A stretch of DNA of 64,000 nucleotides from Chrysomallon squamiferum (GCA_012295275.1 CM022674.1:16058001-16122000); one strand, 5' to 3'; counted from the stretch's first letter, positions 1-15,455 are shown. A program made the numbers and translations. The notes: generated from the sequence alone by a model not told the origin.

Positions 1-33
1 AGGGCTAATAACAATAAAAAACAACAACATTTA

Positions 34-114
<81 letters not shown>

Positions 115-279
115 CTCATACTAAATATAATTTTAACATGTTTCTGTGTACAGGTCAGAGTTCTGTTGCAGCGCCTCGCACTGCAGTGACCAGGTTTCTA
201 TATTTATATCTAGCTATGACCTGTCCACGGAAATCTTTCAAAAACCAAACATTTTTATGTAAAAAAATAATCAACCAAA

Positions 280-1537
280 GATAATTTCTAACAAGACTAC
301 TTTCTGTTTGACGCCATGTACTGTTCAATACTGCGATGAGAGATGTAAAAATAAACAAATAAATAAAAGATAATGAAAGAAAGAAAGAAAAAAAAATCAG
401 ATAAATATATACCGAATCAATAAAAGATAAAAAGAATTACACTAGTGATTATTATGATGACGACAAGAACAATAATTATTATTGTAATTATTATTATTAT
501 ACACAGACATGTCTGGTAGTAAAATAAAGGATATTTCTCTGCGGCACAAACGATTTTCGATATATAGTGATGTATACACCAATTTGCTCCTCGAAAAGAC
601 AACATAATTAACCGACAATAACAAATCTAAAAAGAAACACTATATAAGAAATGAGAATAATAAGTAAGAAAAATAAAGGAACAAGATGTGATGTTCTATA
701 TGTCTGATTTGTTTTAAGGAAAGCAATAGTACAGCATATATTAAATGACAATAAAATACAAAATACCTTCAAATTTCAAAATGGCCGACTACTTCTGTAT
801 AATGCGTCTTGTTTGTGAGTGGTTTTCCTAGAACTGACGCCTTTCTGCTTGACAAGGTCACTGAAATAGTTTCTGTGTGTCGCCGTTTACTAAGTCGTCT
901 GCTGATAATCACGTGATTGAAATCAGATATCGCACAAGTCACACCACGTATGGCGGTAGATACATACACTTTGTGCAAACCTATCATACAAAAAAAAAAA
1001 AAAAAAAAAAAATTATAATTTGTCATTACTAATTTTTTTTTGTAAACTATTTAGCTTTATTTCTCAGTCAATATATCGAGGAAAAGTTATCGTTAACAAG
1101 TGTCTGTTATGTAGGTGTCAGTTGTATTGGCGGCAAGAAACGATATACTATGATCGTGAAATATGCAATGTAATGGTGAATCAGAGTACACGGGACACTC
1201 ATTTATTTGTATGTGTTATGAGTCAGAGCGATCTAAACACAGGTGTGACAAATACCACCTTTATTTTATTTAGTATAACAAAAATAGCTTTGTTCAAATA
1301 CTAACACTTATACTCATCATTGTGGTAATATTGTTTGTTTATTTATTTATTTATTTATTTGTTTGTTTCACTTTTTAATTTATACGTTGGTATTTTTATT
1401 TATTTATTTATTTATTTTTTTTTTCTTCTTTTCTTTTCTTTTATTTGACTACAAATGATACAGTATAATATATAATACAGCTAAAACAAATTAATGTGTT
1501 AAAATACAGAAGTCTCCACAACATTAGTAAAAACCAC

Positions 1538-1602
<65 letters not shown>

Positions 1603-4600
1603 GAAGAAGAAGAATAAGAAGAAAAGAAGAAGAAGAAGAAGAAGAAGAAGAAGAAGAATTAACATGTTTTAGAGGTATTTGTTCATATAAATAAACATGT
1701 TTTAGACAAAACATATTTGATCACATAAATAAAAGTATATATTATTGTAAGAAACATACAAAAACAAAATAGAAAATAGATCATAACGAGAACATGTGTA
1801 TTACATTTTCACTAAACATATTACAAAATTCACATTTAACTGAATCTTTTTATACGATATAATACCAAATGTTTGTTATTAAGACAACTCATAAATTCTT
1901 GTACTGAAAGTATCTAAGCTCGGTGTTTATAGTTAGTTTCCCACCATTTGTCACAGAACTCTGTACCAAATTTATGGTTTTCTCTTTTCTTTTTTTTTTT
2001 TTTTTTTTTTATTAATAGCTAGCAACAAGACACTATAAATATAAAATTATGGTCTTAAGTTATGTTTTCTTTTCTACAAAATGAAATGCATGAAATCCAG
2101 TTGTCGTTAGCAAAAAGAGCTTTTAAAAATAAAATTCCTTTCTTTGCCACTGTCTTATAATAAGCTGATTTATTATCAGTTTTAATGCGAACGTTATATC
2201 TATTGACGTAGTATTTTTATCTTGTCCCTTCTGCTTTCACATTTCTCTAGAAAGTTTGGCCATATGTGTAAAACATTTTTCCAAAAGAAATTTGTGCGTT
2301 TCAACAATTTTGCTTCACTGTAGGCTGACTCTAAAACTAATGTCAGTGAAGTTTTTGATTATAAACAGTTACTCGAAAGAGAGGCAATGTCTTGCTAAAA
2401 TTTATGTCTTTAATCCACGATATCTTTACCCATTAAAAAGTAACTTAACAATTATTGCTCTTAAACAACCATTTTGATAATAGTCAAATAACTGGGCAGC
2501 GTTTCTTTTATTTTTTTTCTAGCTATTTTATCATGGTTTTTTATTCCAAATAAACTGAAAGAAATAGGTTTCTAATATTTTAAAGAAATAGTTTGTTGGA
2601 TTTGGCAATGAAGAAAAAAACCAAACAATTTTCGATAAAACTGAACTTTTGATTGCAGTAATTTTTCCTAGAGGTGACAAAGAAAATGTTGACCATTGTT
2701 CAAGCAGCCTTTTAACCTCTTTCAACTTTGCATTAAAGTTTAATTCTTGTATTCGACACAGGTCCGTGGAAAACCCAAGTATTGTGAATTTTGTAGTCCA
2801 TTTCAATTTTTGTTTTGATCAGATTATTTTTTTGTGATTAATTTGGTCTTTCCCTAAGTTTATTATATTTGTTTGTTATGTATTAACTTTAAGACCAGAT
2901 ATATCGATAAAATATTTTTATGTTTCCACAGATGCTCACAGATCTTTATCACACCAACCTAATACAATGTTGTGTCGTTGGCGAACTGTGAAATTTCAAA
3001 ATTCATTGCCGTTTATCTCAATCTCCTATTGATATGTTTCTTATTTCTTACGAAGATTCCAAGACTCTCAACATAAAATATGGAAACACAGTGAAATAGC
3101 AGATCCCCTTGTCTATATCCTGTGTCACGTTTTAAGCGTTTAGTAATCTTACGATTTATGTATGAACACGATTCCTGTTTATTAGAAAAAGGTCGATATC
3201 CATGTTTGATTTGAAACTCCGAAGTTAATATAATAGTTGTTGTTGTTTTTGTATTTTTTCTTCTACTTCCACGATATTCTCTCAAAAGCTTAGTTCTCCA
3301 AAATCTACAATTAATTAAGAATAGCATCGAAAAACTAAGGCGAAATAACTCAACCATTTTCTGTATGCAAGTGGTAAAGGAATTATCTCCCACTGTATCA
3401 GTAAACACTTTTGTTGTCTGCTAAATGAAGACTGTGAAACACGAAGTGTTTGTTACTCGACATTTGCTGTGAGTGGTGATCATTAAATAACAGGAGTATT
3501 GTTATTATGGTTGTTGTTGTTGTCGTTGTTATTATTATTATGATTATTATTAATTTACTAATAGGAATTATACTGTATGACCATGGTATATGTTAATAAA
3601 TTGGTGAAACAGAATAAACAGTATGTAATATATACCGATATGTTATATTGTTCTTGTATTTCATACTTATGAAAAGTTGGTTTAGAAAAAACTAATATCA
3701 AACTCAGATGGAAAGCGAAGATCTATCTACTCAGAGCTCACGAATCAACTTTTATATGTAGCCTCGCAATTGTGTGTGTTGTTGTCTGTGTGTCTGTCTC
3801 TCTGTGTGTAATTTAGGATTGAGTATTGTTTCATGTAAATTTCATTAGACTATTAATAATAGTTCGGCAGTACCACAGGCAGACAATGTCAATTCACGTT
3901 CTCACAAACCCCGTCAGATGCCGCTGACAACGTCAACGTTCGACCTTGAAAAGGTTGCCCAGTAACCGAGGGTAATCACCGTTTCCCACAAAGCACGCCG
4001 TTTTTTGTTTGTGTTTTTTTGCCTTTTGTAAGTTCTGTGTGCCTCTATGCCTTCCTCTTGTAACATGGCAATGGCAAGTATGCATTTAGGGTTGAATATT
4101 CCATTTTTATATGTGTCGTCTGCTTAATCATTTAGTAGAGGTAGAACCAGAAAGATTTTAGTGCATATATAAACATATGTACCTTTAGTCTAATCCCACG
4201 TATGTATGAGTGTATTGAGATATATATGTATGTACGTGTGAATGTGGTATGTATATGTATGTATGTATGTATGTGAATGTATGTATGTATGTATGTATGT
4301 ATGTATGTATGTATGTATGTATGTATGTATGTGTGAATGTGGTATGTATATGTATGTATGTGCCCACTGGGATTTGTTCATTGAAATGTCAGAAGTATCT
4401 CAGATCTAAGTAATGACACCTCCCGACAAAAATTACATAATTAATGTTTCTGCTACTTTGTTTCAATATTCAAACTGTTTCCTTTACATTTTGCATCTTC
4501 ACATATTCTTCAACATAGCCATAGTATAAACAAATAATTCTTTATCCATATACTTTGTTTTTCTTTTAAATACAAAACAAAACCGAAATGACAGATTCAA

Positions 4601-4650
4601 AAGCAATGTAGCTGTAGTAACAACCGATGTAGTAGTAGTTGTAATTCCTA
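280..4650. repeat. Old segmental duplication, copy A (direct paralog of about 51140-54650)
   Basis: Colinear matching blocks: 721-780 vs 51961-52024 (aataaaatacaaaataccttcaaatttcaaa), 3371-3420 vs 53339-53388 (gtggtaaaggaattatctcccactgtatcagtaaacactttt), 3950-3980 vs 54099-54130 (cagtaaccgagggtaatca), 4377-4410 vs 54410-54442. Visibly diverged with many indels. Confidence 0.85.
2030..3200 (-). mobile_element. Decayed L1/Tx1-like LINE ORF2 (reverse transcriptase) fragment
   Basis: Minus-strand pieces: GYRQGDLLF (RT QGDPLSP motif, about 3095-3120), ISQFANDTT (YADD motif, about 2968-2994), and ORF 2531-2806 LEQWSTFSLSPLGKITAIKSSVLSK...LPNP...FIWNKKP. Many frameshifts. Confidence 0.85.
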
Positions 4651-5142
4651 GCTCAAACCGTAGAAGTAGTAGCTTAAACATATTAGCAGTTGCTGTTGTA
4701 ATAATATTTAATATTTTATTTAACTTCAAAATATTCATTTTTAACAACCTGTGTAAAGCGCAATTACATAAACTTAATATAATTATATGTGCAAATGTTA
4801 GGGAGGAAAACGTAACAAAAATTATGTGCTATCTCAGTTGTTATCAACGTCATGCACTGAGATTACATGATATGAATATTACGTACAAGGAGATAACTTT
4901 TGAAGAATTATACCGTGTTTACTCCAGATTTACCCTGCACACCCTGTGTCCCTCTCTGACACCTAGACTACTGATTTAAAGTAAGCGCTCTAATTGCCAG
5001 ACACTACTTTCTCTGACAACTGAGCCACACGCTAGACTCAAACCAATGAAAATAACTCAAACAAATTATGAACAAAAATTCTATTAAGAACATAAACTAA
5101 ATTACTGAGTTTTGTTTTAAAATATCTTAGAACAAGAACATC

Positions 5143-5177
<35 letters not shown>

Positions 5178-5422
5178 TAACCTTTGTCTTAAGAAATGAA
5201 CAATTTAACACCTGCAGAAAAATGCTCGTCTATTAGTCTGCAATGTCAGTCTGATATTCGTCCTTATGCGAATTTGTCGTTAAGAGAGAAGCCGCCTCTT
5301 AACCAATACAGTCCGTGTAGTCATGTTTAGCTGCGGTTTTAATGTCACCTTTTTACATTTATAACGTTATAGTATATTTTCAAATGTCTGTACAATAGAA
5401 AATAGTAAACAGCATAGAAGAA

Positions 5423-5506
<84 letters not shown>

Positions 5507-5606
5507 CATCATACATATCGTTTTAACAAACACAGCAGCATGTTTGTTGAAGATCAGAGCAAAACTATGTGTTGTTTAATCTTGAATAACGAACTAAATT
5601 AAGAAC

Positions 5607-5656
<50 letters not shown>

Positions 5657-5692
5657 TTAATAATAATAATAATAAAAATAAAGAATACTTTT

Positions 5693-5748
<56 letters not shown>

Positions 5749-6248
5749 TTTTTTTTTTTAAATAAAAAGATTAAGGCAATAGGAAATAACATAAATTGAC
5801 ATAATCACATGGTGTATAATGAATGTAAATCAGTAAATGTTATTATTCTCTGTCGTGTAATTAATTTTATTTCCCAATATAACACTTAATTATTATATCA
5901 TTGTCGTATTTCCCATCTGTTTATGTACAGCATATCCGGATGGTAATCTTTATCAATCGTTTTACCGAATAGGGAATTCAATATTATGTCAGCACGGCTA
6001 ATAGCTTGAAAAATGGACGAAACACAACTGTTTTCTAGCTATTTTAATTTAACATATGCTGCAATTACCTTACGTGTTTGATACAAATGCGTTACTTTTC
6101 ATTAAAATTTTAAATTGATAGATACAGGCGGTTATACGAGGCTTTTTAAAAGATATATAAATAATCAATAGAATAAAAAGCAGGACACAAGTATAACGTA
6201 TGCTTTTAGTCACGTATGCATACTACACCTCTCTGAGAAACACCCACA

Positions 6249-6301
<53 letters not shown>

Positions 6302-9300
6302 ATGTGTTTGTGTAAAATTAGTATTTTGTGTCAGTAAATTTAAACTGATTTCCCGATATTAATTATTATGTGAAATATTGTGATAATATGTAGCTGACTC
6401 GCATTTATCTACTGCTTTGTCATTAATTTTATTTAATTTAACACATGTTGCCGTTACTTTCTGTTTTAGTGACAAAGGCATTACGTTTTCTTTCTTCCTT
6501 TTTCTTCTTTTAGTTTCTTTATATATATATATATATTTCCCCCCCCCGGAAAGAAAAGACCGAAGTGACAAAATGAAATCTCCGACGTTTGTTCGGCGTT
6601 AAATGTGAACAGCATTTGGGGAAAAATATTAGAATAAAATAAAATAAATAAATAAATAAATAAATAAAGAGAATTCTTGAACATGGCGACTGTAAGGAGA
6701 CAAAGGTAAGATTTCGTTTCACGATGAAGACAGGCATTTTTTTCTTCTTCTCATACTCTCTTATTTATTTTCTTTTTTTTCCCCCCCATTTATATAGCTT
6801 TTCAAGTGTGCATTCACCGCATAAACTAATTTGAAATTTGTTTGTTTGCACATGTGAGCAATAAAAAAAAGTTAGAAGTGTTTTATAATGACAGATTTAT
6901 TCAGGAGTACTATAAAACACACTCCAGACACAAAACTGATGAAAATATGATCTTTTTTATTGAATAAAGAAATAAAATACTTTTCCTTAACCAAATACAA
7001 CCCAAACGTGAACTAAATTTGTAATGTTTCGTCATACTTTATGTCGGTATTAAACTAACTTTCCGATCTATCGTTAGAATATAAATGTAATCAAATTTAT
7101 TTCCAGATCTAATAATTGACTGTATAGTAAATACTAATATTTCTGAATGTAACTGATGTATTGATACTTATCTCGCTATCTAACAAATTATAATACAAAC
7201 TAAAAGTATTTACTGATAGCTCAGTCCATGTAAATACTAAACTACAAATAATAAAATGTAGACAGAGATCCTTTTCATCTAAGGAAAGAAAGAAAAGAAA
7301 CTTTTCTTTTTGCATATATGTGTGAGTGTGTGTGAGAGAGAGAGAGAGAATGTGTAAAAAGCTTTTATTTTCTGTCACAGACAGAGTATTAGTATTCTTA
7401 TTTAATCAATTAATTAATTAACCTATTGAGACAAAATTAAGATGTTTTAAGACACACATACAAACACACACAGACACTGGAAAAATAAATCCAGTCTGAA
7501 ATTGAACGAAGAACTGGATGATACTGGATCTGGTTAAGATAAAAGAAAAACAAAAGCAGAACAAAACAAACACGTAAGAGAACCATTGGATATAAAAAGA
7601 GGTGGATATTTAGTCATGTACACACACTGACAAGCCTATTTTCATATTTTACATGTTCAGTTTAACAGTTTGGATTCTCTTTATTTACCGAGTGAAACAT
7701 ACTTGACCCTGTTTAGTCACGTTTTGAATAATGACAGTCATAAGTGTTTCACAAAATTAATTCATATATAGACAAAAAGACAGTAGCAAAGTAATAAAGA
7801 AAATAGTTTCGATAATTTATCACAAGCGTTAATTATAAATAAATGAAGTAAATTAAAAGTAATTAACAGATCTATTACTATTATTAGTAGTATACTTTTG
7901 GTAATAATGGTTGTAATAGCATTAGTATTAGTATTAGTGGTAGTAGTCTTATTATTTATATTAGTAGTAATATTAGTAGTAATAGTAGTAGCAGTAGTTG
8001 TTGCTGTACAATGCTTTTATCTGTTTTAAAAAAATAATAATTTCGCAAGATAAAATAAAAAAATATGTTAATAGATGGTGTTTATTTAGTTCTGGTCAAG
8101 CCATTATGTTTGTGATTATTATCAAACATATATCCTGAATGTCATTACATTAAAAAAGTAACAATTAATGATGAAATGACATATAATACACGACAGTATA
8201 TCTATGATATAACTAGGGTACGGACCTGATACTGATAACAAATATTTCTCTCTCCTGACGGAATAACAATCAGCTGATCACGTGATTCAGAGAGGCCGTG
8301 CCACTGACACAGATAAAATACTTCGTAGATAAGTAAATTCAAACTGATTATCATGATGGTTTAATACTAACCTTTTCCACTAAGTAAATAGCACATGTTT
8401 CAGGAAAAGCAGAATGATTATGTTACTATATGTGTTATGTTAAATTATATATTTTTAAACGAAAAAAACTCTTAATGATGATGGTATCAAAAGTGAGAAA
8501 AGTTACTGATCCCGCTGTCAAACACTTATCAAAGTTATCAGAGCAAGGTCAAAGTTTAAATCTCCTCTCCAGTGACCTGTTTGTTCATCAAAAGTACTCG
8601 CCAGGTTGTTTAAATAACCGCTTGTCGCTTGTTCTTCCTCAGACCTCGCGTTTTCCTTGCTGTCTTGTGTACAACTTTCCTGCACTCATCAAAGAGCGAG
8701 ATGAGCCAGTCGAGGCTGAGAAATTCTAAAACTTTGTTTGTTTCATACAAAAAAATCTCCCATAGCTAATTATCTTAAATCTAAAATTTAAAAACTACCT
8801 TTATGAGTTCGTCGTCGCGTATTTTACGTGAGAGGGTGTTATGAATGGTTAAAGAAAAATTTAATTATTTACATATATTGGTACTTTATTTATTTACTAT
8901 ATTTACTAATATATATATATATATTATTCACCATATTATCTACATGTTTTGTTAATGTTTGATATTGTGTGTGTGAGCGTGTGTTTGTGTGTGTTCATAT
9001 TCAACAAATATTCTGGATGTTTAAAAGGACTATTAAAAAGCTGTACAGTGTTTGCTTAGACTTGAAAAGATATAACATTTATACACATTTCTATCTGCAC
9101 CTAAAACACTCAGCTTAATAGTCGATATACCTGACACCGACATTATTATCACGGGTAAAATTCAATACACTAAAGCTGATAACATTAACAAAGCAAACAT
9201 TTATATTATTATTATTATTATTATCATCATCATCATCATCTTCATCATCTTCATAATGCATACTCAGACACAACATATATACACACATACTTACATAGAA

Positions 9301-10944
9301 AGATAAGCACACATAGATACACACACAGACGCCTTCTGTTATTACACTATAGAGAATAATGTTTAACTTCTTATTATTTTTTCTTCTTTTAAAGACAACT
9401 TTTCCTGTCTGTATGGCTTACACTAAAAGAAAAAATAATCTGAATGTCTGACATTAAAATTTCTATGTCACAATACAGCGAGGTCTCGATGATTTAATAA
9501 GGGTACAGATGTGATACTGATAACAAATATTTCTCTCTCCAACAATCCGCTGACCGCGTGACTAACACAGATAAAATACTTCTTAAAATAAATCTTCTTA
9601 AATCTTTGTTGGCGTTCAAGGTAATTCAGGGTATTCAGAAAAATCTTGGTTTAATCGCTCAGTGCAATTTAAAATGTTTGAAATAAAATTCAAATAATAA
9701 TAATAATAAAACAAATAAAATTAAAAAAACATTAATACCACTACGACAACTATTACTAGAGCTATTGTTACTACAGCTGTTGATAATACCTCTGCTGCTA
9801 CCACTACCATTAAAACTGTTATTAATACTACAACTACTGTGATTATTACGACAGTTGCCAATATTACCAATATTACTCCTACTGCTGCTACCACAACAAC
9901 TACCACTTTGACTACTATTAGTATTATTACTGCTGCTATAACTAGGACTACTGTTACGACAACTATAACTACTACTATTACAACTACTATTGGTGTTACT
10001 TCTTCCACTGCTAATATCAATAATACCAGTTCAGAGACAATGATAATATAAAAACTATTACTATTGTTGTATGTAAAAAGTAGATTGTTCTGTAAATTCT
10101 AATTTCATTGTGATAACATTTTTCATTTTTCTGAAATTGCCAAAGTTATTTGTTTAATCTAATCAAATTTATTTGCATTTGAATTAACTCTATTATATTG
10201 TGTAAATTCGAAAAGTTCTACGATCACAGTTAAAAGCATTTGTTATCTGAGTTCAGTTTGTGTATATCAACTTGTTATTAAAACATAAGTCAGCGAAAGG
10301 AGATCTGCTAATCTGTTTTGTCAAGACTAAAGTTCACTGCGTTGTCTCAGCTTTAAACAAATTTACTTTAGTACAAAGTCAACTTTATACACACACACAG
10401 AGATTGACATGACACTGATTTTGTTATCACAAGGTAAAACTCAATACACAGAAACTGATAACACCAACAAAGCTTAACTAATAATAATAATAAGAAGAAG
10501 AAGAAATAAATAAATAAATAAATAAATAAATAAACTAAATTAAACTGACTATTCTGGTTATAAAACAGTTTTATAAATTTCTCAGCATTGCTCTATTTAA
10601 CTGTCAAATCTCCGTAGTGTAACTTCGGCTTCTGTGAAACCGCCATTTTGTGTGACGTATTACTTCTTTAACAGTTTATTATTATTATTATTATTTATTA
10701 TTATTTCACAACAATCGCTTTAATTTTTAAACTATATATATACACACATACTTATACATACATATTTGTTTTCTGTTTTTTTTTCCTATAGAAGATTAGA
10801 ATCGTATGTTAGCAGACGACGTTTTTTGTTGTGTGGTTTTTTTTTTTTTTTTTTATTATTATTTTTTATTCTTTGTTCCGGTCAAACTACTGCGTTCGTG
10901 ATAATTATCTTACTGTTATCCTGACAGGGACGTACTTTACTGAA

Positions 10945-11049
<105 letters not shown>

Positions 11050-11072
11050 CTGTCTATCTAATCATATATATA

Positions 11073-11301
11073 TTTCCGGTTTTCTGGTATGAAGACATCT
11101 AAATACGTAAATAATTAGGCATAAACATTTTAAAATTTAAAACATAAAGAAAACTGACGATACACAACTGTGGCGACTCGACACTTGAACACTGAGGACG
11201 GCACCCATCCGCGAGAACTATGAAAATAGCATCTGGAGAAAACTTCCAGTTCTCTGGTCTTTCCGGATTTCAGGACGCCGGATAATTGGTTTGGTACCCG
11301 T
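11073..11301 (-). mobile_element. Partial copy of the MITE at 51319-51664
   Basis: The reverse complement aligns to 51317-51607 (ccaattatccggcgtc, cgagtc(a/g)ccacagttgtgtatcgtcagttttcttta, aaaatgtttatgcctaa). Confidence 0.75.
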
Positions 11302-11951
11302 ACTAGGCACAGAGGAAAAACCTGGTTTAATGCTTTAATGTAATTTAAAATATTTGAAATAAAATTCATGTAATTATTATTATTATTATGTTATTACTAT
11401 TATTATTATTATTATTATTTTTTATTTTTTTTTATGATCAAAAGTTTGATTGTTTAGTATTGTAAATGTATTGTGTTTCATCTCTTTAAATAGATAACTG
11501 GATTCTATACTGAAAGTTGGAATATTTCTACGATATGTGTTTAAAATTTCTGTCATCTCTGTACAGCTTGTTATTGAAACACGTGTTAGTGATAACATTC
11601 CTACTACTCTGTGTTGTCAAGACGAATGTTTACTTACTTCTCTTAAATTTATTACTAGAGATAAAGATTACTTTAGTACAAAGTCAACTTAATACGAGAC
11701 AGAGAGAGCGCGCGAGAGAGAGAGATGTTTAATAATAAAAAATAAAAAGTAAACAAATGAACAAACAAGAGAAATGTTTAATAATAAAAAATAAAAAGTA
11801 AACAAATGAACAAACAAATAAATGAAAAAGATACGAATAAGTAAATAAGCATATTAATAAACAACAAGCAAATAAAAAAGATAATAAACAAATAAATAAA
11901 TAGGCAAGTAAGTAAATAGATCAGTAAACAAACACTGAGATCAGAGATATA

Positions 11952-11990
<39 letters not shown>

Positions 11991-12253
11991 CAACAACAGT
12001 AATAAAAGCAGGAGTAATAGTGGTGAATTGCGTCTGACAGAACAGTCAGTTGCTACAACTTAAGTAATACAGCCGCTTACAACAACAACAACAACACACA
12101 CACACACAGACCGTCACTCGGTTTGTTTAAATGAAAGCAGAAAACAAAATAAACCATAAAAAGTAAATTTTGAAATAAATACGGAAATTAATCAACGATA
12201 AATGAAAAAGAAAATAATAATCGTCATCATCATTATCACATTACAAGTAGTAA

Positions 12254-12298
<45 letters not shown>

Positions 12299-12498
12299 AG
12301 TAATAATAATAAATAGAATTAAGGAAAGAATGAAACAAAATTAAATTAAATGACAGGATAAAAAATAAAAATAAACTATAAATAACATAATCTGAAAAAA
12401 GAAAGAAAGAAGGGAAGTGTGTGTTTCTAGTTTATCGATCAGTCTGAGTCTGGCCTGCACTATTCAAACGCAAAATAAAATCAAGTTCGCAGTTCTCA

Positions 12499-13598
12499 CC
12501 ACTGATGTATGTGAACAGAGGGATTTCACTCTGCACTGCGCATGTACCCACTGATGTATGTGAACAGAGGGATTTCACTCTGCACTGCGCATGTACCCAC
12601 TGATGTATGTGAACAGAGGGATTTCACTCTGCACTGCGCATGTACCCACTGATGTATGTGAACAGAGGGATTTCACTCTGCACTGCGCATGTACCCACTG
12701 ATGTATGTGAACAGAGGGATTTCACTGCACTGCGCATGTGTGAAACAGAGGGATTTCACTCTGCACTGCGCATGTACCCACTGATGTATGTGAACAGAGG
12801 GATTTCACTCTGCACCGCGCATGTACCCACTGATGTATGTGAACAGAGGGATTTCACTCTGCACTGCGCATGTACCCACTGATGTATGTGAACAGAGGGA
12901 TTTCACTCTGCACTGCGCATGTACCCACTGATGTATGTGAACAGAGGGATTTCACTCTGCACTGCGCATGTACCCACTGATGTATGTGAACAGAGGGATT
13001 TCAGCGCATGTACCCACTGATGTATGTGAACAGAGGGATTTCACTCTGCACTGCGCATGTACCCACTGATGTATGTGAACAGAGGGATTTCACTCTGCAC
13101 TGCGCATGTACCCACTGATGTATGTGAACAGAGGGATTTCACCACTGCGCATGTACCCACTGATGTAACAGAGGGATTTCACTCTGCACTGCGCATGTAC
13201 CCACTGATGTATGTGAACAGAGGGATTTCACTCTGCACTGCGCATGTACCCACTGATGTATGTGAACAGAGGGATTTCACTCTGCACTGCGCATGTACCC
13301 ACTGATGTATGTGAACAGAGGGATTTCACTCTGCAATGTACCCACTGATGTATGTGAACAGAGGGATTTCACTCTGCACTGCGCATGTACCCACTGATGT
13401 ATGTGAACAGAGGGATTTCACTCTGCACTGCGCATCTGCGCATGTACCCACTGATGTATGTGAACAGAGGGATTTCACTCTGCACTGCGCATGTACCCAC
13501 TGATGTATGTGAACAGAGGGATTTCACTCTGCACTGCGCATGTACCCACTGATGTATGTGAACAGAGGGATTTCACTCTGCACTGCGCATGTACCCAT
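12499..13598 (+). repeat. 49-bp tandem satellite, about 22 near-identical units
   Basis: Unit cccactgatgtatgtgaacagagggatttcactctgcactgcgcatgta with period 49 (actgatg at 12501 and 12550). A few units have internal deletions. Confidence 0.97.
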
Positions 13599-13684
13599 TG
13601 CTGGGTAATTCGGGGAAGCAAATCGCGAGATGTCGTCAAAATAACCCTACTTGCAAACTGGTGGGCAAAAACAATCATGTTGTA

Positions 13685-13897
13685 ATGGTAGGCCATGATC
13701 ATTGTTCAGTTGTTAACAATCGCAGAAGTCCGGGAAATGCATATCGGAAACGTGTGTTTGTAATCGCCTCACATAGAAATGAAAAAGATTTTTAATGTTA
13801 CGGCAAACCCGAGGGTTTGCTCGGCACATTTCTTAGGTGGGAAGTCAGCGAACGACAAGAAACATGTGGATTATATGCCCACCCTGAATATGGGAAG
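13685..13897 (+). mobile_element. THAP zinc-finger domain remnant, probably from a DNA transposon
   Basis: MVGHDHCSVVNNRRSPG from ATG 13685, then after an internal deletion or frameshift NVTANPRVCSAHFLGGKSANDKKHVDYMPTLNMG. CSxHF and the terminal PTL box are THAP signatures. Confidence 0.75.
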
Positions 13898-14465
13898 GGA
13901 ACAATAGTTTCAGTTATGTTCTTAATTATTCAGTCTACCGCAGCTGAATTGAGGTGTTTGTTACTTGGCGTCAAAAATGCTTAGTAGGGGTTGTACAAGT
14001 ATGCAGATGTTTGTGTGAGTATATGAGCAACGGTACAATCTTCAATATAACAATTATCTGTTACTCCAAAATAAATGGTTTATTTATAGAGGTTTTTTTA
14101 ACAATAAAGTATGTATGCTTGTGTGTGTTTGTACTAATTACACCTCAGAGGTCTCGCTACATACTGTAACAGATGGTGGGCCCGCCATCACTTACGGCTT
14201 AGTACAAGTTCGCCAGCCATTCGTCGGCAACAGAAGCAATGTCCGCCACCCGTTTATTTAGACTGGGTGTCATGCCACTGTTCAGCAGTTCACGTGTCTT
14301 GTCACTAAACAAAATGGATGTAATCCGAAGCTGCGACTGTCATATTTACAAAGTGCACCCTTCGACGGGTCGCAATCAGATTCCTCTCAAATTTGCTGCT
14401 CCTCCCGATGCCCGTGTAATCAATGCTACTGCGCGGCTATATTATTGCGCATGAATTTCAAGGTA

Positions 14466-15231
14466 AATGGACAATTACCCACACAGACAATTCCCACACA
14501 GACAATTCCCCACTTGGACAAATCCCCACTCCACACAGTAGTAGTGACATATACGATACAACACTTAGATCAGAATTAGTATTTTTTATTCAGTTTTAAA
14601 TCTTACACAAAGGCCAAAACCCTTAAAAATATCTGAGACAGTCTCGCTGTTGTCACGCCTGTCAGTTTGTGCAGCTTTGACTGAGGTTTGTGGGTGTGGC
14701 GTCTCACACGCTTTGCTGGTGGCTCACCACGCAGGTCACGTAGTAGGGCACCAGCAACCTGGACCTGATCTTTCCGTGTGCTATCACTGTCTCTCCAGAT
14801 GGTAGGGTGTGCATGTCCAACTAGCTTTGCAAAGGCGCTGTTCCATCCCTCGAATTTGTTGTTGGTTCTTGATCTACCTTCAAGAGTAATGGAATTGACA
14901 TTTCATATCTGTGGGGGACATATAGGAGCATGCGACGCATTCTAAGTGGAGGGGTGGAACCATCTGAAAGTTGTGGGAGCTGAATATGACGTAAGGGTCA
15001 GGACACATAGGTGTTGTCAAAGTAGTCCAGGAGAGGTTCGAGTCTTTCTGGTATTTGCTGCTGTAGATATGTCAGACCCTCAGGGAGATCATCCACTAGT
15101 AAGAAGGCGAGTCCATCTAGCAGGCCACAGAAGAGTTTCACGTCCTCCTCTTCTCTATATCGCTGTACAAGACCAAGAGTCTGGATCTTCCTCCATTTGA
15201 CCTGTGTTAGGTGATAGAAGCAGACGTACAA
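14466..15231 (-). mobile_element. Mutator-like (MULE) transposase 3' fragment with terminal short-repeat array
   Basis: CFYHLTQVKWRKIQTLGL...LAFL...LLDYFDNTYVS (ORF 14998-15231), then RSRTNNKFEGWNSAFAKLVGHAHPTIW (about 14795-14880). Repeated gacaatt(c)ccc(a)c motifs at 14469-14530 mark the likely end. Confidence 0.85.
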
Positions 15232-15455
15232 AAATCAAACAAAATCAAACATAATCAAACAAAACAAACAAAAAACAAACACCACCACCACCACTACCAT
15301 CACACCAACAACAACAACAACAATAATAAACCTTTTATTACGTGTGTTTGATTATCATTATTATTACCGCTGTTATTGTTAATGTGTGTTTTTATGGTGG
15401 ATGGCTTTTATCTCATGTCACTATGATTATTATAAATATTGTCATCATCACTGTC

